Shown here: positions 1 to 15,200 of the stretch, piece by piece | How positions within the stretch are numbered: the stretch's first letter is position 1 | Layout: every line of letters starts with the position of its first letter | Notes under the pieces: model-generated | Told to the model about the DNA's origin: nothing | Databases searched by the model: none | The model's input: the letters and a program-made list of their open reading frames with translations, nothing else | Program-made: the position numbers and the translations under genes | DNA from: the human T2T-CHM13v2.0 reference genome, Homo sapiens | NCBI RefSeq assembly: GCF_009914755.1 | Contig: NC_060937.1 | Length of the DNA: 64,000 bases | Direction: 5' to 3' (one strand)

Positions 1-3000
1 AGGTTCAACACTGTGAGATGAATACATACATCACAAAGAAGTTTCTCATAATCCTTCCGTGTAGCTTTTATGAGAAGATATTTCCTTTACTGCCATGTGA
101 CACAAAGCACTCAAAATATCCACTTGCAGATCCTATAAAAAGAGTGTTTCAAAACTGCTTAATCAAAGGAAGTTTCTACACTGTGAGATGAATGCACACA
201 TCACAAAAAAATTTCTCAGAATGCTTCTGTGTAGTTTTTATTGGAAGATAATCCCTTTTCCACCATAGGCAGAAAAGGGCTCAAATACCCACTTGCAGAT
301 TCTACAGAAACAGAGTTTTGAAACTTCTCTATCAAAAGATAGGTTCAACTCTGTGAGATGTATGCACACATCACAAAGAAGTTTCTCAGAATGCTTCTAT
401 GTAGTTTTTATATGAAGATATTTCCTTTTCCACAATAGGTCTCAAAAGACTCCAAATATCCACTTGCAGATACTAGAAAAATAGTGTTTCAAAAATGCTT
501 AATCAAATGAAAGGTTCAACTCTGTGAGATGAAGACAAACATCACAAAGTAGTTTTTCAGAATGCTTCTGTTTATTTTTTATGGGAAGATATTTCTTTTT
601 CCACCATCTGCCGCAAAGGGCGCAAAATAGCCACTTGCAGATTCTTCGAAAACACAGATAGAAGATTGCTCTATCAAAATATAGTTTCAACTCTGTGAGT
701 TGAATGCCGACATCACAAAGAAGTTTCTCAGAATGCTTCTGTGTAGTTTTTATTTGAAGATGTTTCCTTTTCCTCCATTGGCTTCAAAGCGTACCAAATA
801 TCCAATTGCAGACTCTACAAAAAGAGAGTTTCAATACTGCTGTATCAAAAATAGGTTCAACTCTTTGAGTTGAATGCACACATCACAAATTAGTTTCTGA
901 GAATTCTTCTGTGTTGTTTTTCTGTGAAGATATTTCCATTTCCACAATAGGACTCAAAGCGCTCCAAATATCCACTTTCAGGTTCTACAAAAAGAGTGTC
1001 TCCAAACAGCTCAATCAACAGAGAGATTCAACTCTGTGAGATGAATGCACACACCACAAAAAACTTTCTCAGAATGCTTCTGTGTATTTTTTATGTGAAG
1101 ATATTTCCTTTTCCACCATAGGCCACAAAGGGCTCCAAATATCCAGTTGCATATTCTACATAAAGAGATTTTAAAAACTGCTCTATCAAAAGATAGGTTC
1201 AACCATGTGAGTTGAATACACACATTACAAAGAAGTTTCTCAGAATGCTTCTGTGTAGTTTTTATGTTAAGATATTTCCTTTTCAACAATAGACCTCAAA
1301 GCGCTCCAATTATCCACTTGCAGGTTCTACAAAAAGTGTTTCCCAACTGCTCAATCAAGGGGAAGTTCAACTCTGTGAGATGAATGCACACATCACAAAG
1401 TAGTTTCTCAGAATTCTTCCCTGTATTTTATATGTGAAGATACATCCTTTTCCACCATAGTCCACAAAGGGCTCCAAATATACAGTTGCAGATTCTACTA
1501 AAAGAGAGTTTCAAAACTGCTCTATTAAAAGATAGGTTCAACTCTGTGAGATGATTGCACACATCACAAAGAAGTTTCTCAGAATGTTTCTGTGTAGTTT
1601 TTATGTGAAGATATTTCCTTTTCCACCATAGACCGCAAAGTGCTCTTAACATCCACTTGCAGGTTCTACAAAAAGTGAGTTTCAAAACTACTCTATCAAA
1701 AGATAGGTTCAACTCTGTGAGATGATTGCACACATCAGAAAGGAATTTCTCAGAATGCTTCTGTGGAGTTTTTACGTGAAGATATTTCCTTTTACACCAG
1801 AGGCCTCAAAGTGCTCCAAATATCCACTTGGAGATTCTACGAAAAGAGTGTTTCAAAACTGCTCTATCAAAAGAAAGGTTCAACTCTGTGAGTTGAATGC
1901 ACAAATCACAAAGAAGTTTCTCAGAATGCTTCTATGTAGTTTTTATGTGAAGATATTTCGTTTTCCACCATAGGCCACAAAGGGCTCCAAATATCCACTT
2001 GCAGATACTACAAAAAGAGAATTTCAAAACTGCTCTATCAAAAGAAAGGTTCAACACTGAGATGAATACATACATCACAAAGTAGTTACTCATAATGCTT
2101 CTGTGTAGCTTTTATGTGAAGATATTTCCTTTTCCACCGTAGGCCTCAAAGCGCTCCAAATATCTTCTATCAGATTCTACAAAAAGAGGGTTTCAAAGCT
2201 GCTCAATCAAATGAAAGGTTCACAGCTGTGAGATGAATGCACACATCACCAATGAGTTTCTCAGAATGCTTCTGTGTAGTTTTTATGTGAAGATATTTCC
2301 TTTTCCAACATAGGACGCAAAGGGTTCCCAATATCCACTTGCAGATTCGACACAAAGAGAGTTTCAAAACTGCTCTATCAAAAGATAAGTTCAACTCTGT
2401 GAGATGAATGCACACACCACAAAGAAGTTTCTCAGAATGCTTCTGTAGAGTTTTTATATGAAGATGTTTCCTTTTCCACCATAGGCTTCAAAGCGCTCCA
2501 AATATCCACTTGCAGATTCAACAAAAAGAGGGTTTCCAAACTGCTCAATCAAAAGAAAAGTTCAACTCTGTGAGATGAATGCACACATCACAAAGAAGTT
2601 TCTCAGAATGTTTCTGTGTAGTTTTTGTGTGAAGATATTTCCTTTTCCACCATAGACCGCAAAGTGCTCTTAACATCCACTTGCAGGTTCTACAAAAATT
2701 GAGTTTCAAAACTACTCTATCAAAAGATAGGTTCAACTCTGTGAGATGATTGCACACATCAGAAAGAAATTTCTCAGAATGCTTCTGTGGAGTTTTTACG
2801 TGAAGATATTTCCTTTTACACCAGAGGCCTCAAAGTGCTCCAAATATCCACTTGGAGATTCTACGAAAAGAGTGTTTCAAAACTGCTCTATCAAAAGAAA
2901 GGTTCAACTCTGTGAGTTGAATGCACAAATCACAAAGAAGTTTCTCAGAATGCTTCTATGTAGTTTTTATGTGAAGATATTTCGTTTTCCACCATAGGCC

Positions 3001-4332
3001 ACAAAGGGCTCCAAATATCCACTTGCAGATACTACAAAAAGAGAATTTCAAAACTGCTCTATCAAAAGAAAGGTTCAACACTGAGATGAATACATACATC
3101 ACAAAGTAGTTACTCATAATGCTTCTGTGTAGCTTTTATGTGAAGATATTTCCTTTTCCACCGTAGGCCTCAAAGCGCTCCAAATATCTTCTATCAGATT
3201 CTACAAAAAGAGGGTTTCAAAGCTGCTCAATCAAATGAAAGGTTCACAGCTGTGAGATGAATGCGCACATCACAAATGAGTTTCTCAGAATGCTTCTGTG
3301 TAGTTTTTATGTGAAGATATTTCCTTTTCCAACATAGGACGCAAAGGGTTCCCAATATCCACTTGCAGATTCGACACAAAGAGAGTTTCAAAACTGCTCT
3401 ATCAAAAGATAAGTTCAACACTGTGAGATGAATGCACACACCACAAAGAAGTTTCTCAGAATGCTTCTGTAGAGTTTTTATATGAAGATGTTTCCTTTTC
3501 CACCATAGGCTTCAAAGCGCTCCAAATATCCACTTGCAGATTCAACAAAAAGAGGGTTTCCAAGCTGCTCAATCAAAAGAAAAGTTCAACTCTGTGAGAT
3601 GAATGCACACATCACAAAGAAGTTTCTCAGAATGTTTCTGTGTAGTTTTTGTGTGAAGATATTTCCTTTTCCACCATAGGCCTCAAAGCACTCCAAATAT
3701 CCACCTGCAGATTCTACAAAAAGAATGTTTCAAAACTGCTAAATCCAAAGAAAGCTTCAACTCTGTGAGATGAATGCACACATCACAAAGAAGTTTCTCA
3801 GAATGCTTCTGTGTAGATTTATGTGAAGACATTTCCTTTTCCATAATAGGCCTCAAAGCGCTCCAAATATCCACTTGCAGATTCTGCAAAAAGAGTGTTT
3901 CCGAACTGCTCAATGAAAATAAAGTTTCAACTCTGTGAGATGAATGCACACATCACAACGGAGATTCTCAGAATGCTTCTGTGCAGTTGTTAGGTGAAGA
4001 TATTTCCTTTTCCAACATAGGCCTCAAAGCGCTGCAACTATCCACATGCAGATTCTACAAAAGTGAGTTTCAAAACTGCTCTATCAAAAGATAGGTGCAA
4101 CTGTAAGAGTTGAATGTACGCATCACAAAGAAGTTTCTCAGAATGCTTCTGTGTAGTTTTTATGTGAAGATGTTTCCTTTTCCACCATAGACCTCAAAGC
4201 TCTCCTAATATCCACTTGCAGATTGTACAAAAAGATTGTTTCAAAACTGCTCATTCAAATGAAAGTTTCAACTCTGTGAGATGAATGCCCACATCACAAA
4301 GAAATTTCTCAGAATGCTTCTGTGTAGTTTTT
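1..4332 (-). repeat. Monomeric alpha satellite (~171-bp monomers, A-type), proximal layer
   Basis: Motifs TTCAACTCTGTGAGATGAATGCACACATCACAAAGAAGTTTCTCAGAATGCTTCTGTGTAG and TCCACTTGCAGATTCTACAAAAAGAG recur about every 171 bp. This is the reverse complement of the usual CATTCTCAGAAACTTCTTTGTGATG alphoid consensus. The box position reads TTCCTTTTCCACCATAG (A-type) rather than the CENP-B box TCCCGTTTCCAACGAAG. Confidence 0.98.
1604..3679. repeat. Recent tandem duplication of a 1024-bp (6-monomer) alpha satellite block
   Basis: GACCGCAAAGTGCTCTTAAC occurs at 1631 and 2655. Near-identical ORF pairs 1722/2746 and 2203/3227 are all offset by 1024. Only a handful of substitutions separate the copies. 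Confidence 0.95.
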
Positions 4333-5699
<1,367 letters not shown>

Positions 5700-8600
5700 A
5701 TGCTTCTATGTAGTTTTTATGTGAAGATATTACCTTTTCCACCTTAGGCTGCAAATGGCTCCAAATATCCACATGCAGATGCTACAAAAAGAGAGTTTCA
5801 AAACTACTCTATCAAAAGATAGGTTCACCTCTGTGAGTTGAATAAGCACATCACAAAGTACTTTCTCAGAATGCTTCTGTGTAGTTTTTATGTGAAGATA
5901 TTTCCTTATCTACCTTAGGCCTAAAAGCGCTCAAAATATCCATTTTCATACACTACAAAAAGAGGTTTCAAAACTGCTAAATCAAAAGAAAGGTTCAACT
6001 CTGTGAGATGAATGCACACATCACAAGAAATTTCTCACAATGTTTCTGTGTAATTTTTTTGTGGAGATAATTCCTTTTCCATAATAGTCCTCAAAGCACT
6101 CCAAATATCCATCCGCAGGTTCTACAAAAAGACTGTTTCAAAACTGCTCAATCAAAAGAGAGGTTCAACTATGTGATATGAATGCAAACATCACAAAGAA
6201 GTTTCTCAGAGTGCTTCTCTGCAGTTTTTATGTGAAAATATTTCCTTTTCCACAATAGGCCTCAAAGCGCTTCAAATATCCACTTGCAGATGCCTCACAA
6301 AGAGTGTTTCAAAACTGCTGTCTCAAAAGATAGGTTCAACATTTTGAGTTGAATGTTCACATAACAAAGAAGTTTCTCAGAGTGCTTCTGTGTAGTTTTA
6401 ATTGGAAGACATTTACTTTTGCCCAAAAGGCTGCAAAGGGCTCCAAATACCCACTTGCAGATTCTACAAAAAGAGAGTTTCAAAACTGCCTATCAAAAGA
6501 TAGGTTCATCTATGTGAGATGAAAGCACACATCATAAAGAAGTTTCTCATAATGGTTCTGTGTAGTTTTTATGTGAAGATAGTTCCTTTTCCACCATAGG
6601 CCTCAATGCGCTCCAAATATCCACTGGCAGATTCTGCAAAAAGAGTGTTTAAAAATCGCTCTATCAAATGAAAGATTCAACTATGTGAGATGAGTGCACA
6701 CATCACAAAGTAGTTTCTCAGAATGCTTCTGTGTAGTTTTTATGTGAGGATATATCCTTTTCCACCATAGGCTGCAAAGGGCTCCAAATATCCACTTGCA
6801 GATTCTACAAAAAGACATTTTCAAAACTGCTATATGAAAAGATAGGATCAACACTGTGAGACGTATGCACACATCACAAAGAAGTTTCTCAGAATGCTTC
6901 TATGTAGTTTTTATGTGAAGATATTTCCTTTTCCACAACAGGCCTCAAAGCCCTCCAAATATCCACTTCCAGATTCTACAAAAGGAGAGTTTTAAAACTG
7001 CTCTATCAAAAGATAAGTTCAACTCTGTGAGTTGAATGCACACATCATAAAGAAGTTTCTCAGAATGCTTCTGTGTAGCTTTTATGTTAAGATAGTTCCT
7101 TTTCTTACGTAGGCCGCAAAGGGCTCCAAATATCCACTTGCAGATTCCACAGAAAGAGAGTTTCAAAACTGCTGTGTCAAAAGATAGGTTCAACTCCGTA
7201 AGATGAATGCACACATCACAAAGAAGGTTCTCAGAACGCTTCAGTGTAGTTTTTAAGTGAAGATATTTCCTTTCCCACAATAGGCCCCAAATCGCTCCAA
7301 ATAACTACTTGTGGATTCTACAAAAAGAGGGTTTTCAAAATGCTCAATCAAAAGAAAGGTTCAACTCAGTGAGTTGAATGCACGCATCACATGGAAGTTT
7401 CTCAGAATGCTTCTTTGTAGTTTTCATGGGAAGATATTTCCTTTTCCACAATAGGCCTGAAGCCCTCCATATATCCATTTGCAGATTCTACAAAAAGAGT
7501 GTTTCCAAATTTCTGAATCAAAAGAGAGGTTCAAGCCCGTGAGATGAATGCACACATCACAAAGAAGTTTCTCAGAATGCTTCTGTGCAGTTTTTATGAA
7601 AAGATATTTAATTTTCCACCATGGGCCGCAAAGGTTCCAAATATCCACTTGCAGATTCTACAAAAAGAGTGTTTCAAAACTGCTCAAGCAAAAGAAAGGT
7701 TCAACTCTGCGAGATGAATGCACACATCACAAAGAAGTTTTTCAGAATGCTTCTGTGTAATTTTTATGTGAAGATATTTCCTTTTCCACCAGAGGATGCA
7801 ATCGCTCTAAATATCCACTTCCAGATTATACAAAAAGAGTGTTTCAAAACTGCTCAAACAAAAGAAATTTTCAATTCAGTGAGATGAATGCACACATCAC
7901 AAAAATGTTTCTCAGAATACTTCTGTGTAGTTTTTATGAGAAGATATTTCGTTTTCAGCTGTGGGCCTGAAAACGCTCCAAATATCCATTTGCAGATAAT
8001 ACATAAGTAGAGTTTCAAGACTGCTCTATGAAAAGATAGGTTCAAATTTGTGAGATTAATGCACACATCACAAAGAAGTTTCTCAGAATGCTTCAGTGTA
8101 GTTTTTATGTGAAGATATTTACCACCATAGAACTCAAAGCGCTCGAATTATACACTTGCAGATACTTCAAAAAGAGTGTTTCAAAACTGCTCAATCAAAT
8201 GAAAGGTTCACATTTGTGAGACGAATGCATACATCAAAAAGCAGTTTCTCCGAATGCTTCTGTGTAACTTTTATATGAAGATAGTTCCTTTTCCACCATA
8301 GGCCTCAAAGTGCTCCAAATGTCCACTTTCAGATTTCACAAAAAGAGTTTTTCCAAACTGCTCAACCAAAAGAAAGGTTCAACTCTTTGAGACGAATGCA
8401 CACATCACAAAGTAGTTTCTCAGAATGGTTCTGTATAGTTTTCTTTGAAGAAATTTCCTTTTTCACAATAGGCCTCAAAGTGCTCCATATATCCACCCGC
8501 AGATTCTACGAAAAGTGGTTTTCCAAATGGCTCAATCAAGAAAGAAGTTCAACTCTATGAAATGAATGCACACATTCCAAAGAAGTTTCTCAGAATGCTT

Positions 8601-11559
8601 CTGTGCAGTTTTTATGTGAAGATATTTCCTTTTCCACCACAGGCCGCAAAAGGCTCCAAATATCCACTTGCAGATTCTACAAAAAGAGAGTTTCAACACT
8701 TCTCTATGAAAAGATATGTTAACCTCTGTGATTTGAATGCACACATCACAAAACAGTTTCTCAGTATGCTTCTGTGTAGTTTTTATATGAAGATATTTCC
8801 TTTTCCACAATAGGCCTCCAAGGGCTCCAAATATCCACTGGCAGATTCTACTAAAAGACTGTTTCCAAACTGCTCAATCAAAAGAAAGGTTCAGCTCTGA
8901 GAGATGAACACACACATCACAAAGAAGTTTCCCAGCATGCTTCTGTGTAGTTTTTATGAGAAGATATTTCCATTTCCACCATCGGCCACAAAGGGCTCCA
9001 AATAACCACTTGCAGATTCTACAAAAAGAAGTTCAACTCTGTGAGATGAATGCACACAAAAAAAAGAAGTTTCTGAGAATGTTTCTGTGTAGTTTTTGGG
9101 TGAAGATATTTCCTTTTCCACAATAAGCCTCAAAGCAATCCAAATATCCACTGCCAGATTCTCCAAAAAGAGTGTTTGTTTCAAAACTGCTCAATCAAAG
9201 AATGCTTCGACTCTGGGAGATGAATACACATATCATTAAGAAGTTTCTCAGAATGCTTCAGTGTAGTTTTTATGCATAGATATGTCCTTTTCCACCATCG
9301 GCCAAAAAGAGGTCCAAATAACCACTTGCAGATTCCACATAAAGAGAGCAAGAAAACTGCTCTATCAAAAGCTAGGTTCAACGCTGCGAGTTCAATGCAT
9401 ACATCACAAATAGGTTTCTCAGAATGCTTCTTTGTTGTTTTTATGTGAAGATACTTCCTTCTCCACCATAGCCTTCATGGTTCTCGAAATGTCCAATTGC
9501 AGAATCTACAAAAAGCATATTTCAAAACAGGTCCTTCAAAAGAAATTTTCAACTCTGGGAGATGAATGCACACATGACAAAGAAGTTTCTCAGAATGCTT
9601 CTGTGTAGTTTTTATGTGAAGATATTTCCTTTTCCACAATAAGCCTCAAAGCGTTCCAAATATCCACGTGCAGATTCTACAAAAAGATTATTTCAAAACT
9701 GCTCAACCAAATGAAAAGTTCAACTCTGTGAGATGAATGCATATATCCCAAAGAAGTTTCTCAGAATGCTTCTGTGTTGTCTTTATGTGAAGATATTTCC
9801 TTTTATACCATAGGCCTCAAAGTGCTCCAAACATCCACTTGCAGATTCTACAAAAAGAGTGTTTCAAAACTGATCAATCAAAAGAAAGGTTCAACTTTGT
9901 TAGATGAATGCACACAAAACAAAGAAGTTTCTGGGAATGCTTCTGTGTAGTTTTTACTTAAGGACATAGCCTTTTCCACAATAAGCCTCAAAGCAATCAA
10001 AATATCCACTTGCAGATTCTACAAAAAAAGTGTTTCAAAACTGCTCAATCAAAGGAAAGATTCATCTCTGTGAAGTGAATGCACACATCACAAAGAAGTT
10101 TCTCAGAATCCTTCTCTGTAGTTTTCATGTTAAGATATATCCTTTTCCACTATAGGTCACAAAGGGCTCCAAATATCCACTTGCAGATTTTACAAACAGA
10201 GTGTTTCAAAACTACTCTATCAAAAGATAGGTTCAACTCTGTGAGATGAATGCACACATCACAAAGTAGTTTCTCAGAATGCTTCTGTGTAGTTTTTATG
10301 TGAAGATATTACCTTTTACACCATCGGCCAAAAAGGGCTCAAAATAACCACTTGCAGATTCTACAAAAAGAGAGTTTCAAAACTGCTCTATCAAAAGATA
10401 GGTTCATCTCTGCAAGTTGAATGCATACATCACAAATTGATTTCTCAGAATGCTTCTGTGTGGTTTTTAATTGAAGATATTTCCTTTTCCACCATAGACC
10501 TCAAAACGCTCCAAGTATCCACTTGCAGATTCTATGAAAAGAGTGTTTCAAAACTGCTCAATCAAAAGAAAGTTTCAACCCTGTGAGATGAAGGCACACA
10601 TCACAAAGAAGTTTCTGAGAATGCTTCTGTGTAGTTTTTTGGGAAGATATTTCCTTTTCCACCATAGGTTTCAATGCGATGCAAATATCCACCTGCAGAT
10701 TCTATAAAAAGAGTGTTTCAAAACCACTCTATCAAAAGAAATTTTCAACTCCGTGAGATGAATGTACACATCACAAAAATGTTTCTCAGAATGCTTCTGT
10801 GTAGTTTTTATGAGAAGATATTTCCTTTTCAGCTATGGGCCTGAAAACGCTCCAAATATCCATTTGCAGATAATGCGTAAAGAGAGTTTCAAGACTGCTC
10901 TATGAAAAGATACGTTCAACTCTGTCAGTTGAATGCATACTTCACAAAAATTTTCTCAGAAAGCTTCAGTGTAGTTTTTATGTGAAGATATTTCCTTTTC
11001 CAACATAGGACTCAAAGTGCTCCAAATATCCACTTGCAGATTATACAAAAAGTGTTTCAATGCTGCTCAATCAATTGAAAGTTTCAAATATGTGAGACAA
11101 ATGCACACATCCCAAAGAAGTTTCTCAGAATGCTTTTGTGTAGCTTTTATGTGAAGATATTTTCTTTTGAAAACTAGGCCTCAAAACATTCATATATCCA
11201 CTTGCAGATTCTTTAAAAAGAGTGTTTCTAAACTGCTCAATCAAAAGAGAGGTTCAACTTCGTGAGTTGAATCCACACATCAAAAAGAAGTTTCTCAGAA
11301 AGCTTCTGTGTAGTTCTTATGTGAAGATATTTCCTTTTCCATCATAAGCCACAAAGGGCTCCATATATCCAATTGCAGATTCTACAAAAAGAGAGTTTCA
11401 AAACTGCTCTGTCAGAAGATAGGTTCAACTCTGTGAGTTGAATGCACACATCACAAAGGAGTTTCTCAGAATGCTTCTGTGTAGTTTTTATGAGAAGATA
11501 TTTCCTTTTCCATCATAGGCCTCAAAGTGTTCAAATTATCCACTTGCAGATTCTACAAA
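5700..11559 (-). repeat. Monomeric alpha satellite, proximal layer
   Basis: Same ~171-bp motifs and orientation. The monomer resumes in register after the L1 TSD. Confidence 0.98.
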
Positions 11560-12248
11560 AGAATGGCAATCATTAAAAAGTCACGAAAAAAGAGGTGCTG
11601 GAGAGGATGTGGAGAAATAGGAACACTTTTACACTGTTGGTGGGACTGTAAACAAGTTCAACCATTGTGGAAGTCAGTGTGGCGATTCCTCAGGGATCTA
11701 GAACTAGAAATACCATTTGACCCAGCCATCCCATTACTGGGTATATACCCAAAGGAATATAAATCATGCTGCTATAAAGACACATGCACACGTATGTTTA
11801 TTGAGGCGTTATTCACAATAGCAAAGACTTGGAACCAACCCAAACGTTCAACAATGATAGACTGGATTAAGAAAATGTGGCACATATACACCATGGAATA
11901 CTATGCAGCCATAAAAAATGATGAGTTCATGTCCTTTGTAGGGACATGGATGAAATTGGAAATCATCATTCTCAGTAAACTATCGCAAGAACAAAAAACC
12001 AAACACCGCATATTCTCACTCATATGTGGGAATTGAACAATGAGATCACATGGACACAGGAAGGGGAATATCACACTCTGGGGACTGTTGTGGGGTGGGG
12101 GGAGGGGTGAGGGATAGCATTGGGAGATATACCTAATGCTAGATGACGAGTTAGTGGGTTCAGTGCACCAGCATGGCACATGTATACGTATGTGACTAAC
12201 CTGCACAATGTGCACATGTACCCTAAAACTTAAAGTATAATAAAAAAA
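11560..12248 (+). mobile_element. 5'-truncated LINE-1 (L1PA2-like), ~690 bp
   Basis: Begins AGAATGGCAATCATTAAAAAG. The ORF2 C-terminus is open to the stop at 12036 ([19 protein letters not shown]...SLICGN*). The 3'UTR reads GCTAGATGACGAGTTAGTGGG and AAAACTTAAAGTATAAT, with GAG rather than the L1HS-Ta ACA. Short A tail; probable TSD AAAAGAA at 11557-11563 and 12245-12251. Confidence 0.95.
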
Positions 12249-15200
12249 GAAAGTTTCAAAACTGCTCTATCACAAGATAGGTTCAACTCTGTGAGATGAA
12301 TGCACACATCACAAAGAAGTTTCTCATAATGCTTCTGTGTAGTTTTTATGAGAAGATATTTACTTTTCCATCATAGGCCTCAAAGCACTCCAATTATCCA
12401 CTTGCAGATTCTACAAAAAGAGAGTTTCAAAATGCTCAATCAAAAGAAAAGTTGAACTCTGTGAGATGAATGTTCACATCACAAAGAAGTTTCTCAGAAT
12501 TCTTCTGTGTAGTTGTTATGTGAAGATATTTCCTTTTCCACAGTATGGCTCTGAGGGCTCCAAATATCCAGCTGCAGATTCTACTAAAACAGTGTTTCCA
12601 AACTGCTAAATCAAAAGAAAGGTTCAACACTGTGAGATGAATGCACACATCACAAAGTAGTTTCTGAGAAGGCTTCTGTGTAGTTTTTATATGAAGATAT
12701 TTCCATTTCCACAATAGGTCTCAAAGTGCTCCAAATATCCACTTGCAGATTTTACAAAAAGAGTGTTTCAAAATTGCCCAATCAAATGACAAGTTCAGCT
12801 CTGTGAGATGAATGCACACATAACAAAGAAGTTTCTCAGAATGCTTCTCTGTAATTTTGGGGGAAAGATATTTCCTTTTCCACCATCGGCTACAAATGTC
12901 TCAAAATAACCACATGCAGATTCTACAAAAAGAGAGTTTCCAAACTGCTCTATCAAAAGATAGGTTCAACTCTGCGAGTTGAATGCAAACATCACAAAGA
13001 AGTTTCACAGAATGCTTCTGGGTAGTTTCTATGTGAAGATATGTCCTTTTCCACCATAGGCCTCAAAACGCTCTAAATATCCACTTGCAGACTCTACGAA
13101 AACAGTGTTTCAAAACTGCTCAATCAAAAGAAAGCTTCAACTCTGTGAAATCAATGCACACATCACAAAGAAGGTTCTCGGAATGCTTCTCTGCAGCTTT
13201 TAAGAGAATGTATTTCCTTTTCCACAGCAGGCAACAAAGGACTCCAAATATCCATTTGCAGTTTGTACAAAAAGAGAATTTCAACACTGCTCTATCAAAA
13301 GACAATTTCAACTCTGTGATATGAATGCACACATCACAAAGTATTTTCTCAGAATGCTTCTGTGTAGTTTTTATGTGAAGATATTTCCTTTTCCACCACA
13401 AGGCAAAACGGGCTCCAAATATCCACGTGCAGATTATACAAAAAGAGTGTTTCAAAACTGCTCAATGAAAAGAAATTTCAACTCTGTGAGATGACTGCAC
13501 TCAAAACAAAGAACTTTCTGAGAAAGCTTCTGTGTAGCTTTTATGTGAAAGTATTCCCTTTTCCACAATAGGCCTCAAAGCACTCCAAATATCCAATTGC
13601 AGATTCTACAAAAAGAGTGTTTCAAAACTGCTCAATCAACTGAAAGATTCAACTCTGTGAGTTGAATACACACATCACAAAGAAGTTTCTCAGAATGCTT
13701 CTGTGTAGTTTTTATGTGAAGATATTTCCTATTCAACAATAGGCCGCAAAGGTCTCCAAACATCCACTTGCAGATTCTACAAAAAGAGAGTTTCAAAACT
13801 GCTCTATGAAAAGATAGGTTCAACTCTGTGAGCTGAATGCACACATCAGACAGAAGTTTCTCAGTATGCTTCTGTGTAGTGTTTATGAGAAGATATTTCC
13901 TTTTCCACCATAGGCAGAAAAGGGCTACAAATATCCTCTTGCAGATTCTACAAAAAGAGTTTCAAAACTGCTATATAAAAAGATAGGTTCAACACTATGA
14001 GTCGAATGCACACATCACAAAGAAGTTTCTCAGAATGTTTCTGTGTAGTGTTTATATGAAGATATTTCCTTTCCACCATAGACCTCAAAGCGCTCAAAAT
14101 ATCCACTTGCAGATTCTACAAAAAGAGTGTTTCAAAACGGCTCTATGGAATGAAAGTTTCAACTCTGTGAGATGAATGCACACTTCACAAAGAAGTTTGT
14201 CAGCATGCTTCTGTGAAGTTTTTATATGAAGATATTTCCTTTTCCACCATAGGCCTCAATGCGCTCCTTGTATCCACTTGCAGATTCTACAAAAAGATTT
14301 TCAAAAATGCTCAATGAAATGAAAGGTGCAACTCTGTGCGATGAATGCACACATCACAAAGAATTTTCACAGAATGCTTCTGTGTAGTTTTTCTGTGAAG
14401 ATATTTCCTTTTCCACAATAGACCTCAAAGTGCTTCATATATCTACTTGCAGATTCTACAAAAAGAGTGTTTCCAAGCTGCTCAATCAAAAAGAGTTTCA
14501 CCTCTGTGAGATGAATGCACACAATAAAAGAAGTTTCTCTGAATGCTTCTGTGTGCTTTTTATGTGAAGATATTGCCATTTCCTCCAAAGGCCCCAAAGG
14601 GCTCCAAATATCCACTTGCAGATTGTACAAAAAGAGAGTTTCAAAACTGCCCTATCAAAAGATATTTTCAACTTTGTGTGTTGAATGCACACATGACAAA
14701 GAAGTTTCTCAGAATGTTCCTGTGTAGTTTTTTTGTTAAGATATTTCCTTTTTCTCTGTACTCTGCAAAGGGCTCCTAATATCCGCTTGCAGATTCTACA
14801 AAAAGAAGGTTTCCAAACTGCTCTAACAAAAGATAGGTTCAACTCTTTGAGTTGAATGCTCACATCACAAAGAAGTTTCTCAGATTGCTTCAGTGTAGTT
14901 TTTATGTGAAGATATTTCCTTTTCCAACATAGGCATCAAAGGGCTCCAAATATCCACTTACAGATTCTACACAAAGAGAGTTCCAAAACGGCTCTATAAA
15001 AAGATAGGTTGAACTCTGTGAGTTGAATGCACACATCACAAAGAAGTTTCTCAGAAAGCTTCTGTGTTGTTTTTATGTGAAGATATTTCCTTTTCCACCA
15101 TAGGCCTCACAGTGCTCCAAATATCCCATTGCAGATTCTACCCAAAGAGTGTTTCAAAAGTGCTCAATCAAAAGAAACGTTCAAATTTTTGAGATGAATA

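Noticed and set aside
9015-9040. Shortened monomer (ACAAAAAGAAGTTCAAC, roughly 27 bp missing)
   Set aside because: An ordinary small deletion between AAAAGA microhomologies, common in old monomeric alpha satellite.
11527-12036. 169-aa ORF fusing alpha satellite to the L1 ORF2 C-terminus
   Set aside because: It starts at a GTG in satellite, with no promoter or splice evidence. It is an incidental in-frame junction of a truncated L1.
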